A stretch of DNA of 64,000 nucleotides, taken from Piromyces finnis finn. Its lineage: Eukaryota; Fungi; Neocallimastigomycota. The position numbers and the translations under genes were made by a program. Location of the stretch: the NCBI GenBank assembly GCA_002104945.1, contig MCFH01000032.1, forward strand, positions 248,001 through 312,000, read 5' to 3'. Every line of letters starts with the position of its first letter. Position 1 is the stretch's first letter. The notes under the pieces are model-generated. The model was given only the letters and a program-made list of their open reading frames with translations, was not told the DNA's origin and searched no databases. This document shows, one piece after another, positions 45,343-58,759 of the stretch.

Positions 45343-47057
45343 TCTAGCTGATAACTTCGACTTCCGAATGAAGCCTTTGTTCAAATTCTCATTGATATAT
45401 TCTTTTAAAGTTTTTGTTCATTAATAGTAAGAATATATGAGATCAAAGTATAATTGTCAATCTGAGATTAGGTCTATGGACATATCGTAACCTTTATGAA
45501 GGGGAAGTGCATCGGTCTTTTGCTTCTGAAATACAGTCATTAAATCATAATAATATTTTTTATGATTCGAATAATATTATTTTCAGCATTATCTTGGATG
45601 TTATCTAATTCTAAGATAGTAGCACAAATATCCTGGTCATACAATTCGTCTTCAGAGATTGAATTAGGGATAATTAAGTCATTATTCAATTCATTTATCA
45701 TAAGAACTGTAACGTTTTTATTAACAAGTAATAGAATATTATTTTTAATAAAAACTAAGTTTTACTATAATAGGTATACACCAAAATAAGTAATTTGTTT
45801 TTTAGAAATATTTTATTTTTTTTATTAATAAGAATTTAAAATTAATTTTATTTATTAATTAGCATTTGCAATATTTTAAATTACTTATTTTCTAATTAAT
45901 AAAAATACAAAGAAAAAAATTTTTTGATGAAAAATTCACTCGTACTTATATTTTTTGTAAGGATTTTTCGAATTTCTAAGAAATAATTTCATTATAGAAA
46001 AATAGAAAAAATTTTAATTTTTAGAATATTCTTACATTCTTTAAAATAATTTATAAAAATTCTAGAACTACAATAATTGCTACGTTAATGTATTTATATA
46101 TTTATATTTTGTAATAAAAATTATTTATAAAATTTGGTATCAGGTTGAGCCGAACTTAAAATGTTCAAATTGATAATTCTGGTCTTATTGAAGCAATATA
46201 ACTATTTAATTACTTTGTAGATTTGTTAAAGGAAAGGAGATTTCATCATAATGATATACAAATTTATTGTCACGAATTCAAGTGGATTTAGATAAGTAAA
46301 TTACTTGAAATTAATATATTTCAAATAAGAAAATAGAAATTATATAATGAAAATTATCAATATGAAATGAGAATAATATCCTAAGAAGTTCACTGAATTT
46401 TCAAATAGGCTCATAGATTGAAACATCTAACCCTTAAAGAAGTTTTAAATTACGAAAACCAAGAATATTACTGGAAAAATCAAATTACATTGATGATATT
46501 ATGAACATTAGAAAGCTACGGGCCTAAGCTATCATTTGGTACATTTAAATAATCAATATTCCAATAGTTGAGAGAATTATGACCAATTAAAGGGAATTCA
46601 GTATAAATTAAATATTAAAAATTTCACTTAAAATTAATAAAAATTGTTCTAAACTTTTAGGTATTGGTTTAAATATTACAATAATAATAAGTTTAATTAT
46701 TAATTATTAAATTAATAATCAGATGATAAAAGTTGTAATAAGTTATTTAAACTCATGACTTAAAATAATAATATATTACATTAATAATTATTATTACTAG
46801 TAATAGTTTATAAAAATCATAGCTATAATAATTAATTAATTGTTATTTTAAAATAGCCATGTGAATTAGTTATGTAAAAATTGTAATTTTGTGAAATTAG
46901 TATAAGTAGAGTAGTTTAGTTAAATGTTAATCAGTAGTAAGATTATTAATTTAAATTAAATAAATTAATAATAGTAAAGATTAATAAATTATATTAGATT
47001 TCCTCTATAACTAATTTTATAAATGAAAGTTGATTTAAACTTAATTTTAATTTAATG

Positions 47058-47212
47058 AAATTTGAAATTAAAATATTATTCTAGTTAATAAAACCATTAT
47101 ATATAATTTAATCTAATAGCCAAATAATCAAGATAGTAATTCTTATTAGTTTATAACCATTTTCGACCTAGTTAATTAATCCAAACCTAACCCGAATCTA
47201 TGTGATTTAACA
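47058..47212 (-). repeat. LTR-like end (TGTTAAATCAC...), also at 11644-11812 (+)
   Basis: About 160 bp of homology starting at a TG. The other terminus was not found. Confidence 0.5.
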
Positions 47213-47243
47213 TTTATTGATTTTTACTGATGAACAGTGTTTA

Positions 47244-47973
47244 TGTAAAGATATAAAGTATATCTTTAAATTATTTAATAATTAATTAATAATTATTGAA
47301 TAATAATTTTGATATTTTAATGAAAAAATTGTTTATAAAATTTATTGTATAAATTTTATGGAATAATTAAATAAATATTAATTTTAAAATATCAAAGTTA
47401 GAAATGAAATTTGGATAAATATTTAAATTAATGGATAATTAAATTTAAATATTTTAAATATTCAAATTAAATCTTAAAAAGTTTTTATTTAATTAAAATT
47501 AGTTTAATAACTTTAGCGTAGTTTTAAATTAGCATTTTTAATTATAAATATATAATAAATAGTATTATTAATATTTAATTAATATATAGGTAATAATACA
47601 TGGACTGTATTCAATTTGCAGTTTACTCAAATTGAATCAAAAGTGTATTTAATTAGTTTTCGTTTAGTTTTATTATTTTATTATTTAATTAAATTAGTAT
47701 TAAATTAGTTTTGTTTATTTTATATTGAATATATGTATAATTAAATAGAATAGTATATTAAAATATAATTTACAAAAAATATAAATACATGTAAATTTTC
47801 TTAATTAAAACGATGTAATTGTTATTGACTATTATTTAGTTAATAACTAAATAAAATTAATAAAAGAGATATTTTTTTAAATATAATTTATTTTCTTGTT
47901 TTTTCTTTATTTTGTGTTGTTGTTTTATTGTAAAAAATTTTATAATCTGTTTTACATTTATAAAACTTTTACA
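47244..47973 (+). mobile_element. Solo LTR, Gypsy-1 family
   Basis: Nearly identical to 22238-22964. Exact TSD GTTTA at 47239-47243 and 47974-47978. Confidence 0.93.
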
Positions 47974-48846
47974 GTTTACTACAGTACTTCTCCAGAAAGT
48001 AGATTTTATTAGTCTTATAATTTAAGAAAGTATTATGAGTGGAAAGCCAGTCACGTCCAAGAATGCTAGAGATTCCTTGAAGGAGCAAGTTTCCGATACA
48101 AAATTCATATTTTTCTTAATGATCCATAATTTTTAGTTTTAATGGTTTGGATGTTTGCTTTATAATTATATTCTTATCATTATAATGATTGTGGATGTTA
48201 ACCCATTAGTAGGATTCGCAAAGGTTCTGTAGATAAAACTTCCAGCATATTTTGAATCAATAAGAGAGTTTACTTTTAAGTTTTTACTGCTTAAGTTCAA
48301 AAAATACTTAGTAGTAATTATGTTCTATTTATCAGGGGTGTTATTGGTATTGGCAGAAAGAATACTATGTTTTACTTTATTTTTTCTGTGTATATTAAAT
48401 GAATTTCCAATTTCTGTTTTATTTAACTCAGCTTTCTTTTTCCCAAATGATTTGCTACCTTTTTTTGCGTTTTTTTATGTTTGTATCTAATACAATTTAA
48501 AACCTTTTTTATCAAGATTAACTAATATTTGTAGTTTCAAATAAACTACTTGGCTTATCTATTTTATCTTATTCCTCACGTATTCAATCAACGGGTCCCT
48601 TACCAATGATGTCAATGAAAATATCATCTAACCAATCTTCGAAGTTCAATAGTATATTCAGTGACTTTTCCAAGTTGAAGTTGCTTTAAGCTCCATAACT
48701 TATTTATAAGCATACATTTCTTTTTACGTTCATCTCCAGTATCGAAGTTATTAAGGGATTTTTTTTTGAATTCATTAAAATTGAGACTCCTAAGCGTTCC
48801 ATCGATCAAAAGGGATAACACCCACTTTCTAGGAAGTATAAATATA

Positions 48847-49108
48847 TGGAACAAAGAACAACTTTAAAAGGTTTTTTGTGAGATTATTATTATTAATACT
48901 CATTTTTATATAGTAAATACAATATTTTTAAATATTGTATTTAAAAATTAATAATTATTATTTATATACAAATAAGAAGTTAAAATAATTCTTTAAAAAC
49001 TATATTTATTATTCTTTTATTTTAAAATTTATTATTTTACTATATAATTAAGCCTATCCTAACCTAGTAGACTTAATTATAAACTCAAATCCACATAGAA
49101 TCTTGACA
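48847..49108 (+). repeat. Short LTR-like repeat (TGGAACAAAG...TTGACA)
   Basis: Homologous to 51410-51655. No TSD here. Confidence 0.45.
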
Positions 49109-51409
49109 ATCACTTTCTATAATTAATTATAGAATTAAAATAATATCCTCTACGTATCAAATCTGTCACAATAACATATATAAAATTTCTAATCCTTTGA
49201 AATTATTAAATTTTTAAAATATTAAAATATTATTATTAAAATTTTTATTTTAAATTTATTAACTATTTACAATAATTATATTAATTATTAATTTATAAAA
49301 ATTAAATATTTTATAATTAAATAATTAATTAAAATTAAAAATGTAATAATTAAAATTGTTCAAGTATATAACTAGTGTGCTTACCACACTTTTCTTTAAT
49401 AAAAAATCGCGTTTTGAAGTAATTTGTTTTAGTGGATAGTAGCTAGGACTTTGGTTTGAATGACATAGGTTTAAGACCATACCAAATCTATTTATAAAAT
49501 TTTATTTTACTAAAAATTTTTCATTATGAAGACTTCTCTGATTGGATGAAAAATTCGGTTGTAAAAATTTTTTTAAAACTAATTAAAATTCTTTAGTATA
49601 AATAAGAGTGAAAATTTCCAAAAAATTTTGAGAAATTGAGTTTATATTTTAATTAATAAAAATATAAAATTATTAACATTACCCTGTTAAGGTCTTTTCT
49701 TGTTTTGATAATTTTGTGTTTTGTTTAATTGAGCGTTATTTTCTTTGTTTTTGTTTTTTAAGCACTATTCTTTACATTAATAATAAAATATAATAATTAA
49801 TTAAAGAAGTAAAATTATTAGAAAGAAGAGCTAATTATTATAATAAAATATTTTCACCTAATATAATAAATTATAAATAAACTAATATTAAATTACTACA
49901 AAATAAAATAAACATATATTATGATTTTACACTTGATATAAAAATAATATATGACTTGAACATATTATTATATTAGTAAATTTTTCCTAATATTAAATTT
50001 ATATAGTTTTTATTATAATATTAATTATTTCTATATTGTAGCAGAATGTAATGTAAATGTATTTTAATGTAAGAACTTGTAATGTAAAAGAATAATGTAG
50101 ATGTATAATCCATATAATTCTGGCATTGTTATTAGACAATTAGTTATTAAGTAAACCTCATTTGTATAAATAGACTAGGGAATAATTATTATTAAAAAAG
50201 ACTTCTTGTTTTTAGTAAAGTTTAATAGTTAAGAACGATAGAATTACCATTTTAGTATCTAGACAGAATAGTAATATTGAAACGTAATAAATAAAGTTAT
50301 TAATAAAATATATATTATTAAAGTTAAATTCTTTCTACATAAAATTAACCCGTATCACACTGCTACACTCGTGATTTCATGACTATGAATAATAAAACAA
50401 TGTACATATACATTAAATAATGTCTACACAACAATGAATTGATATTTAAAAAATATAATCCATAGCATTGTATAAATCATTTTAATATAATGTAATATAA
50501 ATAACTTTATTTATGTTCACATTATATATATATATTAAATGTTATATAGTTTTTAATGAATTTAAAATATATATATATATAAATATAAATATATAAAAAT
50601 AATATGTATTTTATTAATGGTTTTTATTTTTCAAGAATTTATTATATAGCAATTACATTTAAATATAATAAAATTCAATGGTATTGATAAGGACTTAATA
50701 CTGATTAACTCCTTAAAAGTACTGTGATTTCATTTTTAATATTGATATTAATAAAGTATAATAATAATATTTTTAAATTATACATGTAAAATAATATAAA
50801 TATAAATATTAATAATACAATAATAATAATTTTCTTTAAACATCAATATTAATAAGTTGCTAAAAATAATATTAATAATTATTTAAATGAATATTATTTT
50901 ACTAATTGGCTTATTTAATATAAATATTAATTGTAAAATTATTTATTATTCGAAGATAAATAGTGTAACAATTAATTAATATTAAATAAGCTATTGTTAT
51001 ATAAAATATTAATATTTTAATTAATTTAATTAATAATTTCAAAATTATGAAATGACATGAAATGTCAAATTTCATGAATTGGGATTTTGACAGTAATAAT
51101 ATTTGTATCTAAAATTTAATAAATAAAAATAAAAAAAATAAAATAAATGATTTTTATACTTGTTCATTTACAAGTCTTAAATGTCTTTAGTTCAATACAT
51201 ATCACACCCATTTTTTTAAATAATTAAATTTTAATTTTAAAATTATATTATATTATTAGTCTAGAACTTTCTCGAAATTAAAATTTTCTAATTCATTAAT
51301 CCAATCAAAATATTTTATTTTTTTTTCATTTTTTAATTAATTTCAAAAGATTTATAAATATGAGAAATTATTCCAATAAATTTGGAATTTTGTATTAAGT
51401 ATAAATAAG

Positions 51410-51655
51410 TGGAACAAAGAACAACTTTAAGAAGTTCTTTGTGAGATTATTAATACTCATTTTTATATAGTAAATCCAATATTTGAAATTGATAATTATC
51501 ATTTATATATATTATAAAAATTAAATAATATAATTCTTTAAAACAATATTTATTGTTCTTTTATTTTAAAAAAATTACTATTTACTATATAATTAAGCTT
51601 ATCCTAAAACCTAATAGACTTAATTATAACTATAAATCTACTCGAATCCTTGACA
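51410..51655 (+). repeat. Short LTR-like repeat, probable solo LTR
   Basis: TG...CA with flanks ATAAG and ATTAG (4 of 5 match). Confidence 0.5.
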
Positions 51656-52185
51656 ATTAGATTAATAATTATAAAATAATAAATAAAATAAATTATATAG
51701 ATTTAATTAAAAATAAATTTTATTCAAAACAAAAAAAATTAATTTTAAATAATAATTAAATAGTCATTTAATTAATAATTTCATTTTAAAATTAAAAATA
51801 TTTATTATTTTTTTAACTTATTTTTTTTATAAAAATTGTTATTATTACTTTAAAAATTATAAATATTTTATTTAAGAACTTAAAATTATATTATATTTAC
51901 ATATTTATATTATAAGTAATTAAATATTATTTAGTAATATTAGAAACATAATAAAAACAATATATATATTATGAAAACTGTATAAGATAATAATAGTTAC
52001 ACAAATTCACAAATTGATTAATAATTAATTAGAATTTAATAAAAATAATAATAATAATAATACAATAATAATATATCATACAATATATATTAAAATCATA
52101 TAAATAATAATAATTAATAGTGATATTAATAAAAATATAATAAAATAGAATATTCTATATATAAGAATAACATAAAAAAAATAAT

Positions 52186-52729
52186 ATGGATAATCAAACA
52201 AAAATTATAACTTTCAACAGATTACCAATATTAGGTGATTCTAAAATATCATTTGATGTTTGAAAATTCTCTTTCGATCATTGGTGATCTACCTTTAAAG
52301 TTACAGACGAAGCAGAAAAGATAGATTATTTGTAAGCAATTACTTCAAATACAGCCAGAACAATTGTCTTATAATTCTTTAAATAAAAATAACCCAGATA
52401 AATATGAAATAATATTTAAAAATCTTGGAAAACATTATAAGAGAAGTTCATCTAGAAATGCTAGGATTTTAGAACTTTCTTCCATTACTATTCAAAAAGA
52501 CAAAAGTATTTCCGAATTTGATCTAAGATTCACAGATTTATTAAACCAAATAAACAAAACTGATACATTATCGGAAGTAATTGTTACCTCTTATTATATA
52601 AATGAATTTAGAAATTGGGGTAAAGTTTATGAAAATCTTATGGAGGAAGAACCGGTAACTTTAGATGACGCAATGAGAATAACCTCAAAAAAAGAAAAGT
52701 TTATGAAATTAATGAAAGACAATAAATGA
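52186..52729 (+). pseudogene. Decayed retrotransposon gag-like ORF
   Basis: ATG at 52186, several stops and one frameshift, then SITIQKDKSISEFDLRF...YYIN...EEEPVTLDDAM (capsid-like pattern). An Asn-rich tail follows. Confidence 0.55.
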
Positions 52730-55700
52730 AAAGGAAGCTCTAGTAGTAATGGTAAAGATAAATATTCTAAACTAAACAGAAGTGACAGAATTGATGAATG
52801 TCTTGATTACAATAAAAATATAAATAAACAAGAATATAGAATAAATAAGAACGATGATATTGATAACAAATTTAAAATTAATTATAATAAGAATTTTGGT
52901 AACTACAGAAATTATTCTAGAAGCAGTAATTATAGTTATAATAAGTACAACCATAATGTCTACAATAGTAGTCAAAATCATGGAAATTATAACCACAATT
53001 ATAATGCTAATAAGAATATCTACAATAATAACTACAAAACCTCCTATCAAGAACAACACAATAATTATAATCCAAAGATAAAAATAATAAAACAAAAGAA
53101 AAGAGAAATAAAGGACCAAAGGAGAAGAGCAATGGATACAGATTCTTAAACAGATATAGAAAATAAAAACAATATAAATGAAAAATACAAAGACAAAAAT
53201 AATTAAAATAATGAAAATGAAGATGAATATGACAACAAAAAAAAAAAAAATAAAAGAAGCAAGGATAGTGAAAACATTTATACTAATGAAAATAAAACTA
53301 AAAATGAAAAAAACATTATAAATGTTGAGAATATTAAAATTAATGAAGATATTAAAGATAATGGAAATGTTACTATACTATAATAATAATTTTTACTCTA
53401 AAAAATTGATAAGCATAATATCACTTTTATAATTTTTTTTAATTATAAATTAAGATAATAATATAACCTTATCAATTATTGATGTAAATTCTATATTTCT
53501 TAAGTATTATTTAGTATAAATTTATATTAAATTTATTATTTATTATAATTCTATTTTATAATAAAATTAAATAAACCTTAAAGAATATAGAAATTTATTT
53601 AATTCATTCAATAATGTTCAATTAAAAATATAATAAATAGAAATATCCAGTAAAAGAAATATGTAGATTAATTTTTAATATATACAAATTAAGTCACAAA
53701 TATTAAAAATAAATTAAATAATATTTTTCTAAAATCAATTGGTTTTTTAATTATTTAATTCAACAAATAATTATTCAAGTTTTTCTTCTAGTCTTTTCCT
53801 GAAGATAAAACAACAAGACTAGAATCCAATAAAAAGTCATAAATAACAAATTATTAATCAATTTAATAAATTAAAATTTTAATTTAATAATAATATAATA
53901 ATAATAAAAAGTATAACAAAATATAAAATTCTTAAAAAACATTTTTAACCCTTTTTCGTCTAAGTGTCTAAATTATTTAAGTATTTTTCTTTATTTTATT
54001 TTATAATAAACTCCATTTTAGTGCTGTTTTAGTTTTATTTTAGTTTAGTTTTTAAAGAGTTCCTGACAGTTGCTAAAGAATGAAATTTATAAATAATTAA
54101 TCAATATAAAATCTGACTTAAATATTTATATTTTATATTATTATAATTATTTACTATTTAATATTAGATCAATAATAAATTTTTTAATTTTAATTATAAT
54201 TAATAATAATAATAATAAAAAAACATAACTATTTTGTATATATATATATAAATAATCTAAATAGGTTTTTCTTAAGAAGCTGGGTTATTACCACTTATTG
54301 AATTAATAAGAGAGTACCTTTTCAATGTTAAAAGCTTTATTAATTCCATTGAAGATAATAAATATGTAAATGCTACTTTTTCAAATAAAGAAAAATTTGC
54401 AATAATATATATGAAAAAGTTATCATTTGATATTACTTCAAGATGGGATCTTCAATGTATAAATCAAAATATTATTAACAATACTGAGGAGTTTCTTAAA
54501 GAAAAATAAAAAGAAATAATAGTAATTATTATTTGTTGGAGTTATAGTATTTTTTACTATAGATTATTTTGTTTTTAATAAAATGTATTCCGATAAAGTT
54601 AAAGAAATGAATTCATTAGTATCATTTTTGTTCCTAGTTCCATCATTCATCATTAATCATAATGAAAAATTCAATAGTATTTTTATAATTTTTATTTTAT
54701 TATTAATTATAAAATAAAAATATCATTATAAAATATATAATTTATTTTTAAATTTTATTTATATATTTATTGAAATAATTATAGATTCCTTGAAACATAT
54801 GATTATTAATTATTATAAAATAAAAAGAAATATATTATTTAATTTTATAAAAGTTCTTTATAATTTTGTTATTATTTAAAAATGTATTATTTAAAATTTG
54901 CCAAGTGAATATTTCATTATTGATGATTTTTTTAAATACGTAATTATTAACCTAAAACTAAAATAAAATAAAATAAAACTAATAATTAAAAGTTAACTTT
55001 TACACAAAATAATATAGTCATCAATTGAATATGAAAAAGTTTTATGTGATAAGCTACTAATAATGGTCATTTTTTTTATCAAAATACAATTATATAATTA
55101 TTTAAGAAGTATCAGATGAACATAATAGTTCCTACTATACCACCATTTCTTTTAGAATAATAATATTAATTTTATGAGTATTTCAAAAACATTGTTTCTT
55201 AAACATTTCTGAATAATTAATATATTACAATACGTAAAATATATTATGGCTTATGTTATTGTATTACACATATAGATTGATGTTTTCTTTGATTTAATTA
55301 TAAAAAATTTATATTCTATTTTTATATATTTATTTCAATTGGATAATATTAAGTAAATATATTATGCTCATTTATTATAATAAAAAAGTATATATAATAA
55401 CATTTATATATACTTTTTTTTTTAAAAATATCAATACACAGAAAAATCGAAAATCGAAACCAAATAAACATTATAATATTATTTGTCCATTACATTTAAT
55501 ATAATATATTAAATTAAATTGGATTAGGGGGGTTAGGGGTTACGAATTAATTATTACTATATATAATAATAATTAATTCGTTAGTATAAGATAAATAATT
55601 TATAATATGAGTTATTAAAAAATATTAGCGTCTATATAAGAAAATAAAAAATAAATTATTTAAATTCAATTAATAAAACGAAAAAATGAAAAAAGAAAAA

Positions 55701-55821
55701 TATTTTTATATATTTAATTTATATTATAATAATTAAAATAATAAATGAATTTAAACTATAAAAGATAAAAATTATTAAATAAAAATTCAATTAAAAGTAT
55801 TATTAAAAAAAAAATAAAAAA

Positions 55822-57971
55822 ATGGAATCTTTATCTTCAGAAGAATGTATTTTACTAGAATATATAGATGAAAATAATCCCGATTCAAAAACTACTTTTA
55901 TTATAAAAAGAAAGAAAATAAATCAAAAAAGATAATAAAATTAATAATTATTACAAAAAAGAAAGAAAGTAAATCAGAAAAGATAATAAAATTAATAATT
56001 ATTACAAAAAAGAAAGAAAGTAAATCAAAAAAGATAATAAAATTAATAATTATTATAATTATTAATATTATTTCTTGTTTAATAATATCATTTTTCGCAG
56101 TTAAAACATTCTATAACAATGATAAAATTATTGTTGATGAAAAACATAGATTCTCATTTATAAAAAGTGAACCTAGAATAGATAAATATGGAATTGATTT
56201 AAATATTAATATTTTGGAAGGAATTTATAGTAAAAGTATTGATGATGATAAATAAATAAATCAATAGAGAATTAGTCACTCTGTACTCAACCAAGTCCTA
56301 ATTTAAGACTAGTAAAACATTCGGAATAGAATGAATCATAAATGTAAAGATATTAGTCTTCAATTTCATAATTATGAGAATAAAAAAACTGTTTCTCTTT
56401 CACTTTCTCTTAACGATATTTCGGATCAAATGAAGAAATATGAACAATGGAAAAAAAATAATAATACTAGTCCTTATTATGATAGACAAGACTATTAACA
56501 TTTATTATTTTGAAGAATTTCATACTTATGACTATGGATATGATATAAATAATGTTGAAATTAATGATGATACAGAATATTATAGTTATGTAGTTAAAAG
56601 TCATATAGATGAAGTTCCTGATCCAAGATAAAGAAGATTATTTAGCTTTTTTTTTTTAATTCAGAATGATTAGATTTGTATATTTCAGAATATTATGATA
56701 TTATTGATTATTTTGTTATATTTGAAATCAAATAGTACATTTTCAAATAAACCAAAACCATTATACTTTATAAAGACATTATTAGAAACTAATAAACTTT
56801 AAGATAAATTAATTCCACTTCCATTGACATTAAAAATTGAAAGTAAAACAGAGAGAGGTGAGCATTTGCAAAGGAACATTTAGCAAGAAGATTTTTATAG
56901 AAAAGGGATTAGAATCAGTTCAAGATCATAATGGTGATCTTTTTATTCATGGTGATTTAGATGAAATGCCAAAAGCTCATGTATTTCACTTTTAAAAAAA
57001 TGTGGTGGATGGGAACATTTACAACCCGGAATTGGTGGAAGACCAAAATCTTTTAAATATGAAAATGCAGAATCTTATTTAGTAAACGAAAATATATATG
57101 TTGAAATCGGTCCAACTGGTGAATATCAAGTTGCTTATGTTAATGCAAGACCCTTGGGATTTTTATCTTGGTTTTATGAATATTCTTTTAATCTTGTACA
57201 AAGTGAGGATATGACAACAGCTACACATCCAAATATAATCATGTTCGATGCTAGACGCACTTTAGGACAAATACCAGAAAATAAAAATCATAAACGATCA
57301 GATTAGTAGTATATATGCCTATTACTTGATCCAAATTTCAATCCATATAAGAGTTATATTTACAATACTAGTAATACAGATAAATGGATAGGAAAGGGTT
57401 TTATTGCAGAATTACTTAGATACATCTGATTTTAATATATTAATGTGGTTGGCATATGAATAGTTTCTTACCAACAATTAATCAATTTTACAATAAAGTT
57501 AAATCATACGCACATTACGATTCATTCTCTGGAGATGAAGAAAGTGACAAGAAACAAATTATTTATAGAATCAAACAACATGAATATATTTTTGGAAGTG
57601 AAAATATATATTATGATAGAATAACATAAATACCATCATCTTATATTATTATAATATAGACTATTCTTATTGGAAAGAGAATACAAACAATTTTGATGAA
57701 AATGGTAAATTTAATGAATACCTCAGAAACTAGTAGTGAAGTTCCAATTCAAGTCTTAAAAAACCCTATATTGCTATTCATATAGCTTGATCGTGATTTT
57801 GGTTTTGAAAAAAAATTATGGTGGCAAGTATTTCCAAAGACTGGAATAAAGTTCGTTTAGAAGGATTAGACTCTAGCAGTTTAAATGAAATCACCCCCAG
57901 CTATATTATCAGACGAATATAAAATTGAAATGTTTAAAGAAATGGCAAAAGAAAACAAGGAAAGTAAGTAG
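55822..57971 (+). pseudogene. Decayed GT17-like (MGAT3-type beta-1,4-GlcNAc transferase) gene
   Basis: Manual translation across many frameshifts and stops gives an N-terminal hydrophobic anchor, RRLFSFFF, YYDIIDYFVIFESNSTFSNKPKPLYF and GDLFIHGDLDEMP (DxD at ~56954). Family assigned from motif memory only. Confidence 0.6.
55906..56055 (+). repeat. 51-bp tandem triplication
   Basis: GATAATAAAATTAAT at 55931, 55982 and 56033. Confidence 0.85.
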
Positions 57972-58489
57972 AATGTTATAATAAAAATGTTTTTTATTGA
58001 TAATTATAATTAATAATATAATCTATCCCTATATATTTAGTTTCATTTCCATAATAGATAATTTCTAAAATATAAATAAAATAGTATAATATTTATACTA
58101 ATTTCCTTTACAGAATATGATCATATTCTTCATTATAATCAACAATATTAAATGAAAATTAATAGTATTGATTATAATATTTTAAAAATTCGTACAAATA
58201 AAATTGGTATAATTTTTTTTTCCAGTTTTACATAATTTGATTTAATTATTTATTTATTTTGAAAAATAAATAAAATATTAAAGTATTTTATATATATTAA
58301 TAAAATTGATAATTAATATAAAATATAAATAATACGAATAGTATTTAATAATTAAATAATTCATAAAATAAAATAAAATAAAATAGAATAAAAAATATAT
58401 AAAAAATAAAATATAAAAATATTAAAAAAAGTTTTTTCAAGTTATTTATGATTGTATATTATTATTAAAATATTCTAATGACCCCGCAG

Positions 58490-58759
58490 ATGTCAGTGCC
58501 TGTGGATTTTCCCACTGGGTTTGCCATGGGTTGGGTTATGATATTCAGGTAAGTATAAATGAACTTTCTAATTTACTACTATGATAATAGTACATGGATT
58601 AAGTGAGCGTCGAAGCTGAAGAAACAGTATGACAGACCAGGAGGGTCACAACCACCTAGCAATAGGAATGAGCCAACGTTTCTCTAAGAACCACCATTGG
58701 AGCTAACTCTGATCGATGGGAGAAATGCACTCTGAAGTTAAAAAAAAAAAAAAAAAAAA
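58490..58759 (+). other. GC-rich island ending in A20, possible retroposed insert
   Basis: Abrupt GC rise, poly(A) at 58740-58759, and TCTAAT on both sides (58484-58489 and 58760-58765). No ORF recognised. Confidence 0.4.

Larger units (their letters stand above)
44745..48860 (-). pseudogene. Old decayed gypsy gag-PR-RT carrying nested insertions
   Basis: Manual translation gives gag KLWSLKQLQLGKVTEYTIELRRL (48624-48854), PR KVNSLIDS (~48270), ILGRDWLSTHN (~48040), and RT TLKEYINENLNKGFIRKS (~45400) and LFVKKYDRSLRLCV...RNSYSIPR (~44900). Confidence 0.75.

Noticed and set aside
46480-46610. Possible chromodomain or PPT remnant
   Set aside because: The translation is too degraded to support any call.
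49430-49495. tRNA-like fragment (…TAGCTAGG…GGTTTAAGACC…)
   Set aside because: No consistent cloverleaf and no intact A/B boxes.
52772-53119. Ile-rich ORFs 52772-53119 (-) and 52854-53081 (+)
   Set aside because: They are alternative frames of an AAT-rich tail of the decayed gag.
54277-54510. About 77 open codons (EAGLLPLIELIREY…)
   Set aside because: No start codon, no recognisable motif and no convincing exon chain.
58546-58556. ATACTTACCTG on the minus strand, identical to the U1 snRNA 5' end
   Set aside because: The downstream sequence lacks the U1 stem-loops and Sm site. It is simply the complement of a consensus splice donor.
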